This document shows positions 12,398 through 24,555 of a stretch of DNA of 64,000 nucleotides, one piece after another. Position 1 is the first letter of the stretch; each line of letters begins with the position of its first letter. The DNA is taken from NCBI GenBank assembly GCA_028023455.1, contig JAQFVV010000010.1, positions 12,710,001-12,774,000 of the forward strand, in the 5' to 3' direction. A program made the position numbers and the translations under genes. Under the pieces are notes generated by a model. It was not told where the DNA came from, searched no databases, and saw nothing but the letters and a program-made list of their open reading frames with translations. The DNA comes from Epiperipatus broadwayi (taxonomy: Eukaryota; Animalia; Onychophora).

Positions 12398-12832
12398 TTA
12401 AACCACTAAACATCACATGATTACCATTTCTTATGCTTGCTCATAGCTGTTATTAAAACAGGCAGAACTCTCCATACAGTAGGGCTACTCAGTCCAAGCC
12501 AGAGTAATCAATGGATGCCAGAAGGCTTGTGCATAAAATCCCTATCTAGTGCCTATTCATCCAATATTCCCAGACTAGTTTCTGGCTTGTGGCTTTTGTC
12601 AGTGAGATCTAGGTGCAGTGAGATCGAAGGCTCCTCACTGATGAAGGCCCCAAGCCAGAAAGAAGTCTGGGGAAGTAGATCCCAGATAGGGATTTTATGC
12701 ACAAGCCTTCTGGCATCCATTGACTACTCTGGCTTGCACTGAGTGACATTGCTGTGTGGAGAGTTTTGCCTGTTTTAATAACAGTTATGAGCAAGCATAA
12801 GAATTGATGATCGTGTGATGTTTAATGGTTTA
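12398..12832. mobile_element. Inverted dimer of the CTAG-hammerhead pLTR-like repeat
   Basis: Arms of about 200 bp in opposite orientation. Each carries a hammerhead motif, at 12568-12606 (minus) and 12633-12672 (plus). Confidence 0.85.
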
Positions 12833-13078
12833 ATACCAACCTGCCTAATAGGATAGTGGTGGCTATGGTTATTAAAGAATCAAAGACGCCAAAATGTATG
12901 GGTATTGAATTGAGTTCAGATCTATATGAGTATATAAGCTAATGAGCTTGGATTGAAAATATTATTGTGTTTTCAATTTTGTTCTCATAGTTTTGTAGTT
13001 AAGTAGAGTTAAAAGGTGGCTGCTGGAGGGTTGCATTACATCTTAAGATCTAGATGCAGTTCTCTCAGATCCAAGGCT

Positions 13079-13118
13079 CCTCACTGACGAAGGCCACAAG
13101 CCAGAAACTAGTCTGGGG
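13079..13118 (+). ncRNA. Minimal type I hammerhead ribozyme (CTAG family) within the repeat at 13045-13230
   Basis: CCTCA-CTGACGA-A-GGC(CACAA)GCC-A-GAAA-CTAG-TC-TGGGG. Canonical core, GUC cleavage triplet (after 13113) and palindromic stem III. Confidence 0.8.
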
Positions 13119-16100
13119 ATATTGGATGAATAGGCACTAGATAGGAATTTTATGCACAAGCCTTCTGGCATCCATTGATTACTCTGGCTTGCACTGAGTG
13201 GCACTACTATATGGAGAGTTTTGCCTGTTTTTATTGATGGATATGTGTAGTATTCAAAATCTCACAACTATGATCATTTCCACATTTTGCAATTTTTTCT
13301 GAAAAGTTATTAGTTTCATTTAAATTGTTTATTTGCACAGATTGCATTTTTTTGCCATTATATCATATATTTATTACATTTTGATATTGTATATACATAT
13401 ATGAGTATTATCTTTTAATTTTTCAATTATCTAAACTGACTATAATAAATTTATTATTTTTTATAATTGCAAAATATTAATAATTTTAAATGCAACATTA
13501 TTCTAAAATAGTTTTTCTGTTTTAATGAATCAAACATAGTTTGAGTTATAAATGGTTTTCCACCATAAAAACATTTTTTGTGTGTTTAAATTACTTTCTG
13601 CTCAAAATTTGATGTATAAGAAACAGATGTAAAAGACATTGTCTGTAGATTATATCACATTTCAAATATTGATAAATGTTTCTAATATAGAAAATATAAA
13701 TTCTTCCATCTTTTTTTAATACACCAGCTTCAAATTTTTTAACTCTTTTGAAAAAAATATAAGTACTTATATTAAGCAAATTTAACAGTTATTCATTTTA
13801 AAAAACTATTGTTAGATGTCATTAAAGATATATAAAATATTTCCATAAAAATGGTAGATTTTTAATAATTCTGTATTTTGATATATTTTTTAAAAAACCA
13901 CTTTCAGATGTCATTAAAGATACTGTAACTATATGAATGGGATAAGGGTATGTATAATGCCCAAAGAACAGAGACTATTAAATACAAAATTGAATCCAGG
14001 TTTAATATCAAGTTAAAACGAATCTAATGAAAGATCTTGCTAATCTGGTTCTTTAAGTCCTTAATCTATACCCCTACCAGTTTAAGTTTGATATGATATG
14101 GTAAAATGCTAGCTCTGATACGTATATGACAAAATTTTATAAGATAATATTCTAGTCTTTATTTGAGCTGAAACATATGCATAAAGGTAATGCTGTCTGA
14201 ATTATACACCTGTGTATAATTGTTCATTTATATCACTTGACTAGCTAGAAATAAGATTTATAACTTTATTTTAATAATGGTAATAATAATTTATTTACAT
14301 TAAATAAATAATTCAAAATTGCACTGGATGAAACGTAAAGGGATAAACCTAACCTATGACACTTATGATGGATAAAACTAAATATGATGTTGAACTAAAG
14401 ACATAGGTTAAGAATCGGAGGAAAATCTGCCCCCTTTTTTTTTTATTAAGTTTAACAAACTTATAAAAATTTTAAGTTTATTCAGTTTTGAAATGTTAGA
14501 TAATATAAAACTTAAATAAATTACCTTAAATATAAAATTATTATTTAATAATAATTTTGATTAATTATCATGATTTTCCTTTGACTATATGTATATCTAA
14601 AACATTTACTCATAACTAAATATATTTATACTAAACATTATGTAAATAAGTAATAGAACTTGAAATAAAGTCAAAATTGATAAAATAATGAAACACACAA
14701 TGACCATATGTCCATGAGCATTTTAAAGTTCAGTGCATAATGAGTTATTCTAGATTCGTGAAAAATTAAAATCCAGATACTGTTCAGAATTCCTATTTAA
14801 TATCTCACTACATGTTTTTATTATCAGTGTTTACTGTTTAATCCCATTCAGCTAGTTTCCATATTTTAGTATTCTATGACTTGAGTTTCTTAATCATAGA
14901 TACATGCTTAAAATGTCAAGGTCTACTAAATGTTTCTTCTGAGTTAATTATCCAATTTTATTGTACACATTATTCCTAGAGTAGTAGTGATAATATATTT
15001 CAGTATAGCACAACCAAGTCCTTGTGTATTGTGGTTTGCATAAATATCACACAAATTTATTGAAAGATTTTGGCAACGTGAGGAAAATAATTCTATTATA
15101 TGCATATCCTCTGTTTCTAATGATAAACATTTGAGAAATTAAAATTTGATCTTTCTGTGATGCAAAATATATTCAATTTTTTTTATTGCTATTGTGATTT
15201 CTTTTTATGATGATTCTGTCATTATTATTGAAACAGTAAGGTCTGCTTTGCAGATCTTCGTTTCACCTATTCTCACCTATTTCCTACCCTCATACCTTAG
15301 TTTGAACCCCAATATATCATAGTGTGTCTGCAATACACTTATATACCGAAAATCCCGCCTAATTTTAAACCACGAGTACAATGCTCGTATTATATATAAG
15401 TATAATTCATTCCCAAATAAATAAAATATTATGGATTATATGTTCACATAATTTAGATTTATTTAAAAAGTAGGTTATATAAGTTGTAATTGCGCACACA
15501 CTATGATTGTTAATTAAAGTTAAAGTTATTTTGTTTGAATCTATTTACAAAAATATATTACAGTCGTAATATATTTTTGAGTTAAAATAAAGTTCATATT
15601 CATTTAGTAGATAGATTCAAATATTGCAATTGAAAAAGTAAAATCTTTTTCTTTTAATTTAATAAAAGTCATTCCAAATATTTCTGTTAAAATAAATGAG
15701 GGACAATAGTTTAATTATTTAATTATTAGCTAAGAAAACAGCAGATGTCCACTTAAGGTTTTCTTTTAATTAATAAAAGTTATTTTAATTAAATCTAGTT
15801 TGTAATTCGAATGTCGACAAGGAAATTAACAATAGAAATTAATTAAAATTTTGTTGAATTCCTTTAGACATTCGGATAGATTTAATTACAGCTGATAAGT
15901 CCGATATATTTTGTAACGCTCCAGGGCAGTTCTATTGTTTCAATTCCACTATAAAAAGGACGGTTTTCTTTTGTTCTCCATTCTGGTCATTTGCTGATGA
16001 AATATTTCCAACCAAAATTATTCTGGTCATTTGTTGATGAAATGTTCTAGTAAAATATTCTTTTAAATATTTTCCTGAGATTTTAGCTAAGTACCTGTGA

Positions 16101-16710
16101 ACTTATATTTGAAGCCGAGTTTTCGTCTCCAAATTAATTCACCATGTTTACCACACAAATTGCTAACCTTGACATGTCGGAGTAGAGCTGGCGTGGAGTA
16201 TATTTCCCTTTAGGAATGGCCAGCTGCTGCTCTAAACCATCAAAATCTATCACATGAGGAACGCTGAAATTGCTGCTGCTGCCAAAAATATGAACAATTC
16301 CAGATTTTGTTGCTGGATTGTATAAAACCTGCCGACCATCAATCTACCTGCAAATGCTTCTCCAGAGGTAACCCCAAATTAACCCAAGAGTTTTTGTGAT
16401 TCCTGTCATGTTATGGCTAGTTCTATAATTACGGATTGACGCCTAGTGGTGACAACTGAGATTTGTGAGCACGTGACATCGCTCTGTTGTCAGAGAACGC
16501 GAGTCGTTAATAAAGTTTGTTAGTGAAGTTAACTGTGTGTAATTATTTAGTTAGATATTACGGCCAAGAACATAACATGGTGTCGGAGTGAATCAATGAA
16601 ATATTAATAAAAAAAAATATTTCTAAAGTATAAAACAGTGAGTATTTAAAGATTGATAGAAATAGTTTCATAGCAATTTTTTTTTCATATCATATTTGTC
16701 GATATACAAA

Positions 16711-18894
16711 ATGGCGTCACAATTCGATCGTTTTTATAATATCGAACCGCTATCTATGGAAGGAAATATGTCAATCAAATGGACTGATTGGAAAGAATTA
16801 TTCCTAAATTTCCTAGAAGCTACAGAAAATGATATGAAATCAGATAAAGTAAAATTAGGAATATTACGTCATCTCATTGGAAAAGAAGGGAGAGATGTAA
16901 TAAAAACATTAGATCACGCGAATCCAGAAGATAAAACAAAATTTTTATCCGTCTTAAACCAAATGGATAAGTATTTTAACACCATGAAAACTTTATATGA
17001 CAGAATAAAAGCATATACAATGGAGCCACATGAGGGAGAATTGATTGATCATTTTCTTACTCGCTTAAAAGTAGTAGTTGAAAAAGCTGACTTCGGGGAT
17101 CAAAAACAAAATATCCTCCGCGATAGAATTATAATGGTACAAAAAGAAGAAGGACTAAAAGACAGATTATTTGAAAAAGGAAATATTACATTAGAAAAAG
17201 CACTGGAAATAATACGTGGACATGAAACTAGAAGACTCAAAAATGAATTACTGGGAAAGTCTGAACTATGTATTAACGTAATAGCGAAAAATACAACAAA
17301 CATACGCAATTGTCAAAAGTGCAACCGTAATCATCCAAAACGTGAGTGTCCCGCATTTGGTAAAAAATGCTATAATTGTGGAAAGTTAAATCACTTTGCC
17401 AATAATTGCCGTACGAGAAGCTACGACCATAAAATTTTAACACAAAAGCGCTCAAACACAAGATATAAAAATATTAATAGAAATGGACGTTATGTGAACG
17501 AAGTACATGATGCTACGACATCGGATTCTTCTTATACCAGTGATGTTGAAAACACAATTGCATACGTCAGACGTGTAGACTCAACTCATTCATGTAATGG
17601 CTGGTATGAACAGATTTTATTAGACAACAATAAAGTAAAAATAAAAATAGACACAGGAGCTGATGTAAACATTATGTCTAAAAAAGTGCTTAACACTATT
17701 CATCCACAACCAATAATATACAAAACAAAGAAGAAATTACGCGCTTTTGGAGGATCATTTCTTACCCCAATAGGAAAAGCAAAACTACAATGCAAAATAA
17801 ACAAAGACCAGCGTAATTTACGTTTTATAATAATAAAAGAAGACGAACCAACACTTCTTAGTGGCCGTGATTGTGAGTTATTAGGTTTAATTAAACGCAA
17901 CAAAATTACAGTTCAAAAAGTAACTATGAAAAATAAAAGTAAAAATGATCAAAATATATCTAACAATAAAGATAAAATAACAAAGAGTAGAAAAGATAAT
18001 AAAAGTATTAAAACACAGGAAGTAAAAGAAAATGAAAACTTTAAGCCTATATATGAGACAAACAAAGATGTTTTTCAAGGTGTGGGTTGTTATGAAGGAG
18101 TAGATCCAACATTAATTCCACTAAGTATACATGAAAAATTACACGAGGAATTAAAAAAATTGGAAGATATTCGTTTACAACATGAAATATTAAAGAAATT
18201 GGGTGAAGAACAATCCCATCAATTAATTGAAAAGGAGAGAGAAATACAGCGAAAATTTCAATTAGCAAAGGAAGAGGAATGGCATAAAATCACTAATATA
18301 GAAGCTGAAATGTTAGAATTACAAAATAAAATTCAAGAGTTAGAAAGATACAAAATTGATGAAAGTAATCAAAAGCAAGTTGATGTTAAAAAAACTGAAG
18401 ATAATGCCAGGCTAGCAATTCACAATAAAGAATTACTTGATAAGGAATGTAATGTGCTAAGAATCAAAGTTCACAAACATCAATCTAGTGTAGAAGAATT
18501 AGAGGAAGAAAAAAGTTTGAATTCTGAATTATATCACCAGATTCAACAGCTTAAAGACAATCTTCACAGTTTAACAGTTGTTCATCAGGATTTGCGATTA
18601 CAAAACAGCAAATTAAAATCTTCTATTGATTTATTAACAAATGAACTGAAAGTTGTCAAAGCTGATTTTATCAAAATGAACACAGCTGAAAGATTCACAA
18701 CAACTCCACAGTCACTAGAACCGGATGAGGAGACACAGTTGCCTGTACCTGAGAGAGAGAAAGCACCACTATCAACATCAGGTGATAATGGCACAGCAAT
18801 AAGGAGAATACCAGTTGAACGTTCCGGGAAGAGAGAAAAATCAAACCAAAGAAGAAGACCTTCAGTACATTTAAAAGACTATGTTTGTAAATAA
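16711..18894 (+). CDS. 727-aa fusion: Gag (zinc knuckles), aspartic protease, first residues of RT, coiled coil, integrase-type C-terminal tail
   Basis: Open ORF from ATG 16711. Contains CQKCNRNH..C and CYNCGKLNHFANNC knuckles, the KIDTGADV protease motif, the IPLSIHEKLHEELKKLE RT-entry motif and the terminal RRRPSVHLKDYV motif. There is no YxDD, RNase H or DDE core. Confidence 0.9.
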   Translation: MASQFDRFYNIEPLSMEGNMSIKWTDWKELFLNFLEATENDMKSDKVKLGILRHLIGKEGRDVIKTLDHANPEDKTKFLSVLNQMDKYFNTMKTLYDRIKAYTMEPHEGELIDHFLTRLKVVVEKADFGDQKQNILRDRIIMVQKEEGLKDRLFEKGNITLEKALEIIRGHETRRLKNELLGKSELCINVIAKNTTNIRNCQKCNRNHPKRECPAFGKKCYNCGKLNHFANNCRTRSYDHKILTQKRSNTRYKNINRNGRYVNEVHDATTSDSSYTSDVENTIAYVRRVDSTHSCNGWYEQILLDNNKVKIKIDTGADVNIMSKKVLNTIHPQPIIYKTKKKLRAFGGSFLTPIGKAKLQCKINKDQRNLRFIIIKEDEPTLLSGRDCELLGLIKRNKITVQKVTMKNKSKNDQNISNNKDKITKSRKDNKSIKTQEVKENENFKPIYETNKDVFQGVGCYEGVDPTLIPLSIHEKLHEELKKLEDIRLQHEILKKLGEEQSHQLIEKEREIQRKFQLAKEEEWHKITNIEAEMLELQNKIQELERYKIDESNQKQVDVKKTEDNARLAIHNKELLDKECNVLRIKVHKHQSSVEELEEEKSLNSELYHQIQQLKDNLHSLTVVHQDLRLQNSKLKSSIDLLTNELKVVKADFIKMNTAERFTTTPQSLEPDEETQLPVPEREKAPLSTSGDNGTAIRRIPVERSGKREKSNQRRRPSVHLKDYVCK
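18160..18690 (+). other. CEP83: Captured host-gene segment resembling centrosomal protein CEP83 (CCDC41) coiled coil
   Basis: EILKKLGEEQSHQLIEKEREIQRKFQLAKEEEWHKITNIEAEMLELQNKIQELERYK aligns without gaps to the human CEP83 stretch as recalled ([57 protein letters not shown]). Similarity continues through EK..NS.L..QI..L...SL...DL...N..LK. This alignment is from memory, not from a database search. Confidence 0.75.
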
Positions 18895-20875
18895 AATTAA
18901 AAAAAAAAAAAGAGAGTTGCCATGTTATGGCTTGTTCTATAATTACGGATTGACGCCTAGCGGTGACAACTGAGATTTGCGAGAGCGCGACATCGCTCTG
19001 TTGTCAGAGAACGCGAGTCGTTAATAAAGTTTGTTAGTGAAGTTAACTGTGTGTAATTATTTAGTTAGATATTACGGCCAAGAACATAACAATTCCTAAC
19101 TAACATGCTATAGTCATTTTAAATTGTTTTCTTTTATTTCACATAACTTTATTATGTACTTCTTTAACGTGTTCAAATATAATCAACAGTTTTGCTCTCT
19201 ATCTTTGGGTTAATATTTACTATTTATAAAGCTTTCTTTTATTTTATTATGATAATGTGTCAGAATCGTCTTTGACTGAGTGAATTATTCCCTTTGTTGA
19301 AAGTAAGACACCGCTATTAAGGCATATTTTAAATTTATAATAATTCCCAATTTTATTATCTTGCAAATCACTCGTTCGAGGGCGATTCTAATCATCTTTA
19401 ATATATATAATAATCAAATAGTTTAAAATCTACATTTTATTGATTCTAACCTAATATGAGAGTATGTGCGAGGTCAATGATTAAATGTGTCCCCAAATGC
19501 ATGATTGCGTAAATAAACCTATGCTTTCTTTTCAAACCCGCAAGCATGCATTTTCCTATGTTAAATACTGCGTTCTACTTTAATTAAAAAGTTTTATCAT
19601 TGACGTCGAGAATGTGCGGACCCTTTTAAATGAATTTCTGGGAATTTGATTGGGCATTTCTCTTAATCCAAGTAAAACCCATTTAGTATGTTTTATATAC
19701 ATTAGTCTAGTATTGCTGGTAAATGAATTGGTTGTTGAGACCGCTTTGTTTTGCTTTTCCAATGATTTTTACATGGCCAAGTCCGTTCTCTCTTCGCTTC
19801 CTGCGGTTTCCAGGCAGAGTGTGTCCACAAATGTCACACCTGGGAATTAAACGCAGTCGTCACCCAGTCGCTAAGTTTCGGCTGTTCATGACACTTTCCT
19901 ACGGGTTAGCGGCGAGCTGCCCTCCGTAATCATTCCAAATATTTCGTTATTGTTTTATTTATATATTTATTTTTACAAAGCATCCGTGACTTAAACATGT
20001 CACACCCTCCAACTCTAATAAATTCATTATTAGCAATACTGACCTCCCATCTGCTTTAGTTATTATTATCAAATAAATGCTTTGATCACATCCCCACTTT
20101 ATTGTTTAGTAAGCTTTTGTCCGTGCCATTCTCGAGATCAATAAATATTATATAACCCGTAAATATCAAATATTTTATTAAACTGTCATAATTACTCAAA
20201 GCACCTCGCACATGTTCCCATCTCTTTAAGCACATTATCGTAATGCTATTATCCCGAGGGATAGAATATATAATTTTGCTTTAAAACCTTTTTGTCATTA
20301 TTGGAATGTAATGCCAACAATTATTTAATACGCGTCCCTGTCTCATATAAGCAGACAGTGGCGTTATATATATATTTCTATATAAATAAATTTTGAAATC
20401 ATTTAAAACTAATTTTGATCTTTTATTTTATTGATTCCTATCACTGTCTCGGTCTATATATATATTTACTACATTTCTTTTGTACATCCATAGACGTTAA
20501 TTAGCAACTCCAAACTTATCTTAGTATAGAGTCTTTTGTTTCTCCCTGACCACCAGGCACCGGTAAAAGGTTATACTAGTAGTAGCATCAGATGCGTTAT
20601 CACGTAGGTGGCGCTGTGAAATTTGGACTTTAGATTCGAACTTCGTATATCTAGAAGGCAACCCCTCCTAGAATGTTCAGTTTCATGTGTGGGGTTTGAA
20701 TTCTGCAGTGTGTTAGCGAGATAGATGATTCTGACGGTTACATTATATATGTGGGATTTTGTAATCTATTTCAATAAATGCATATGCCTACATATATATG
20801 CATTTTCGAAATTTTAATTGCATGTATTTACAATTATCATTAGAGGTAAATGAATTTTTTATGGTATTGTCTTAA

Positions 20876-21070
20876 TCACATTCCGTTTGTTATTAAACCA
20901 TGATTTAAATTTAAACTTGCTGTTCTCACATTCCGTTTGTTATTAAACCATGATTTGAATTTAAACTTGCTGTTCTCACATTCTGTTTGTTATTAAACCA
21001 TGATTTGAATTTAAACTTGCTGTTCTCACATTCTGGTTGTTATTAAGCTATGATTTGAATTTAAACTTGC
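20876..21070. repeat. Minisatellite, 4 x 50 bp
   Basis: TCACATTCCGTTTGTTATTAAACCATGATTTGAATTTAAACTTGCTGTTC units, with starts 50 bp apart. Confidence 0.95.
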
Positions 21071-21826
21071 CATTCGAAGTAGACATTAATTTTCTTTTTT
21101 TAGCTAGACATTTCTAGGTTTTTCTTTGACATATAAGTTTTGAGTAAATACATTTTTCATTGTTCTTTATAATGCAAAATTCTTTATTGTTATGAAACTT
21201 TTTTTTAAGTAAGAAATATCTATATATAAAAGAATATACTTTTTCTAAAAGAACAAAAAAGAAAATCTTTTCCTTTTAACGATATGCTTGTTCTTCCCTT
21301 TGTTTCCAAGTGAATTGCGAGATTCATTGTTGTTATATTTGATTAGCTCGGGGCTATGTTTTATGAAAATTTATTAAGTAATTATTGTTGTAATAAAACT
21401 TATTTTAATATTATTTATAAATACACACATATATAAACACATATATGTGTAATATCTACTTTATTAAGTGCTATGAAATGTATATGTATAAAACAGATAT
21501 TTATGAAATAAATTGTTATGGCTTTACTCTTGAAATTAAAATGTTATTTTAATTTCTATTGCAGAGAAACTTATTTCTTCTAAAATTAAGTGATATTTTA
21601 AAGTGAAAATATTAAATAACTAGTACACTTTCCTTTAAGATGTTAAATCATTATTATTTTCGACTTTTACATTTATAACTATTAAAAATATATTGTCATT
21701 GTATGGTGAGATGGGGTTAGAGAGATATCGAATAGGCATTTTAATAATCAGCTATTCTGTATAAATAAAAAAAAATTATAGCATAATGTTAAGATGCAAC
21801 TGGTAGTATATACCCTAGTGGTACAA

Positions 21827-21920
21827 TACATAAAATATTACCATGAAAAAATTAATCAAATATATTAAAGAATGTCAGAATTATTAAAAATCTAATTTTT
21901 TCATGGTAATATTTTATGTA
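21827..21920. repeat. Short foldback with 28-bp perfect arms
   Basis: TACATAAAATATTACCATGAAAAAATTA ... TAATTTTTTCATGGTAATATTTTATGTA. Confidence 0.85.
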
Positions 21921-22757
21921 TTTTTAGTAACATCTAATGGTGGTTTTTAAAAATGAATATAACTGCTTAAATTTGCTCGATATAAGAAAATATATTTTTT
22001 TCAAATTGTTATGAATTAAGAACTTGTAAGTTGATGTATTATCTAGAAAATTTGTATATGAATGATACATAGTTTTTAAAAATGTACACTTTCTTATAAT
22101 TGTATAAAATTATGTATTGTATTTTTAGATATTGAGAAAAATAAGAAAATGCTATTACTGTGCAATATAGGATGTTATGTAGGTGCATGTATGTTGAAGT
22201 ACATTTCCATGTAAAGTTAGAGAAAATAGCAATATAAATTATAATGGAAAACAAGTAAAATAAAACTTATTAAATCAGTTAAAAAAGAATTCGGCTTTAT
22301 AAAAAGATTAATTACAAACCAGATAAAAAAAAACTATTAGATTCTTTAAAGTCTCAAAAGAGATAATAAATTTAATAGAATTCTGACAAAATCTAACTAA
22401 AATTAATTAAGACTAAATGAAAGTAGATTTGACTTATACCGAATGCCTTTACAGATAAGAAAATATTAACTGATGTCAAGAGAAGTTGAATTGATTAAAC
22501 AAGTAGGTGCAAAGGAATTTGAATATTCAATAAGGCAGATTGTCTAGAATTGTTGAATCAAGAGACTCTTGTGGAAACAACACCGTGATGCTGGATATTA
22601 TTTTGTGTTGCCTTAGAGTACTTTTACTGCAGAGACTTGTCTCCAAACATAAAAAATCAAGTCTGGGAACTTTAATAGGTTGCACTGACCTTCATTAGGA
22701 TTTTTGTATGCCTTTGGGTTTGTATATAATTTAAATTTGTATATAGTTTGAATATAT

Positions 22758-24350
22758 TGTACCAATATCGTGGTTGGTACGTATAATAATTTTGTTTAAA
22801 AAATTATTAAAATAAAATTATTCATTAAAAGAAAATAGTATGTAAAAGTTTAAGAGTTTTTTTGAAATAAAAGTTACAATTAATTAATTAAAAGGGGGGA
22901 GGGGGTTTGCTTTAGAAACGTCTAGTTAAAAGTTTATAAAAGAAGTTTAAAGAGGTTTTTTTTTGCTAAAAACAATTAATTCATAACTATGGGGGAAATT
23001 AAAAGAAGGTGATTTTCAAATAATTAAAAATATAAATCTTTTTTATTTAAGTTAAAGAGAAAAAAAGTAATCTTAAAACTAAATAGTGAATATGTGAATA
23101 AATGATGAATTAAGATGAGTTTGTTAATAAAATATATATGTGCGATTGTAAATACTGTATAATAAATGTATGCATAGTAAATATTAAAAAAGGGATGTAG
23201 AAAATTATCATTAAAAAATACAGCGATGGCTATTAAGTTAAACAAAAAACAACAACACTATGTTCGCGATGCCTGCTAATTAACATCAACAACAGGATTA
23301 AAAGCTTATCAGAGGAATGTGATTAAAAACAAGGAAGAAATTTCGACAACAGGCCTTAAGTATAAATAGTCCAGTTTTTCATCGGACAAGCAGTTGAGAT
23401 TACAATTGAGATTGAGCATTTGAGATAACAGTTCTGTACAATCTATCAGTGAGTTCTATCAGTCAGTTTATTATGTATCCAGAATCAAAAATGCAGTGTT
23501 AGAAACCTCAGAAACATATGACTTTCTCTAGACTGAGTCCGATGAAAATAACCAACTAGCCCGATAAAAGTGATGCCTGCGTAACAATATGAAGCCGCTC
23601 AATATCTAATTGTCTTAAAGAAAATGCCTCGGAATAATAAGCATCAAATCTCCATAAGAAAACTTCAAATATTTCATTAGAAGCAGCAAACAGCAAGAAG
23701 TATCCATGTTCTAAAATCCTAGGTAATAACATTTTTCTTATTCTCATTTCTAAAGTAGCCATCACATTAGTTTGAAGCCTTCCCAGAGTCAAGTAATATG
23801 CACTCTATAGCATACATAGACGAACTATTGATGTGTGTGTTTTAAATATCAAGTATTATTTAATGCTTTGTTATATGATATTATAATGTGTGAATTAAAA
23901 TATGCGTGATCATTATACCAGTGTTATGTTAGTTAAATAAGATTTATAAAAGTATTTAAAATTAGTATATTAAATGTTAACTAAAATACATTGTCTTTTA
24001 AACTTAAAGCTTAACTTTGTCGGTCAATTCTTTTGCCACTAATTGAAACAATATTTTGTTATTGATTACAAGTAGCTGAGCTAGTCATGGGGTATCTTGG
24101 GCATTGAATTAGTGGCCATTGTTTAAAGCGCGTTATTTATCCTCTGGGTAAGTAACTAGCACCCATGTTTCTACAAAACAAAAAAGTTCTTTAAACGTGG
24201 TGTTGAATTCAACAGTCGAGAAGAAGTTAGGTCCTGGAAATGTAACGCTAGTTATATATATAGCTATCGTTTGGAAATACATACTCTCCGAGTATGTTCT
24301 TCTCTGCCCAAGAGGCCAGTATGTAAACAGCTTTCAGCATATACGGTACA
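22758..24350 (+). mobile_element. Putative solo LTR (1593 bp)
   Basis: TGTACC...GGTACA perfect terminal inverted repeat, TSD ATAT, internal TATAAATAG near 23365. The flanks rejoin to match the paralogous segment near 29480. Confidence 0.7.
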
Positions 24351-24555
24351 ATATATATGAATATTGTAAAATTAATGATGATATTAATGACTGTATTAGT
24401 TTGATACTATATATTAAATAATAATCACAAATTGCCTTAGTTTTATTAGTTTTTACCATGAATAAATATATGTTTTGAAGTGTCCAAATTGCTCAGAGAC
24501 ATAGTATAGGATGATTGTTTTTTTATTTATTAAAATTTGTATTCAAGATATGTAT

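Larger units (their letters stand above)
16404..19091 (+). mobile_element. Non-autonomous Gypsy-type LTR element (2688 bp) carrying a gag-protease-CEP83-like fusion ORF
   Basis: 174-bp LTRs at 16404-16577 and 18918-19091 (7 mismatches). 5-bp TSD ATTCC. PBS TGGTGTCGGAGTG at 16578 (tRNA-Leu-like). A-rich PPT ending AGAGAG at about 18916. Confidence 0.95.
15229..20742 (+). mobile_element. Large solo LTR, copy A (about 2.8 kb net), split by the nested 2.7-kb LTR element
   Basis: TGAAACAG...CGGTTACA termini and 4-bp TSD TTAT. Colinear with 29780-32489. TATA-like TATAAAAAGG near 15950. No long ORF. Confidence 0.8.

Noticed and set aside
23556-23792. 78-aa minus ORF and many other 60-130-aa ORFs in AT-rich or antisense-to-TE regions
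   Set aside because: No recognisable motifs. They have low-complexity F/I/L/Y composition or are shadows of TE ORFs on the opposite strand.
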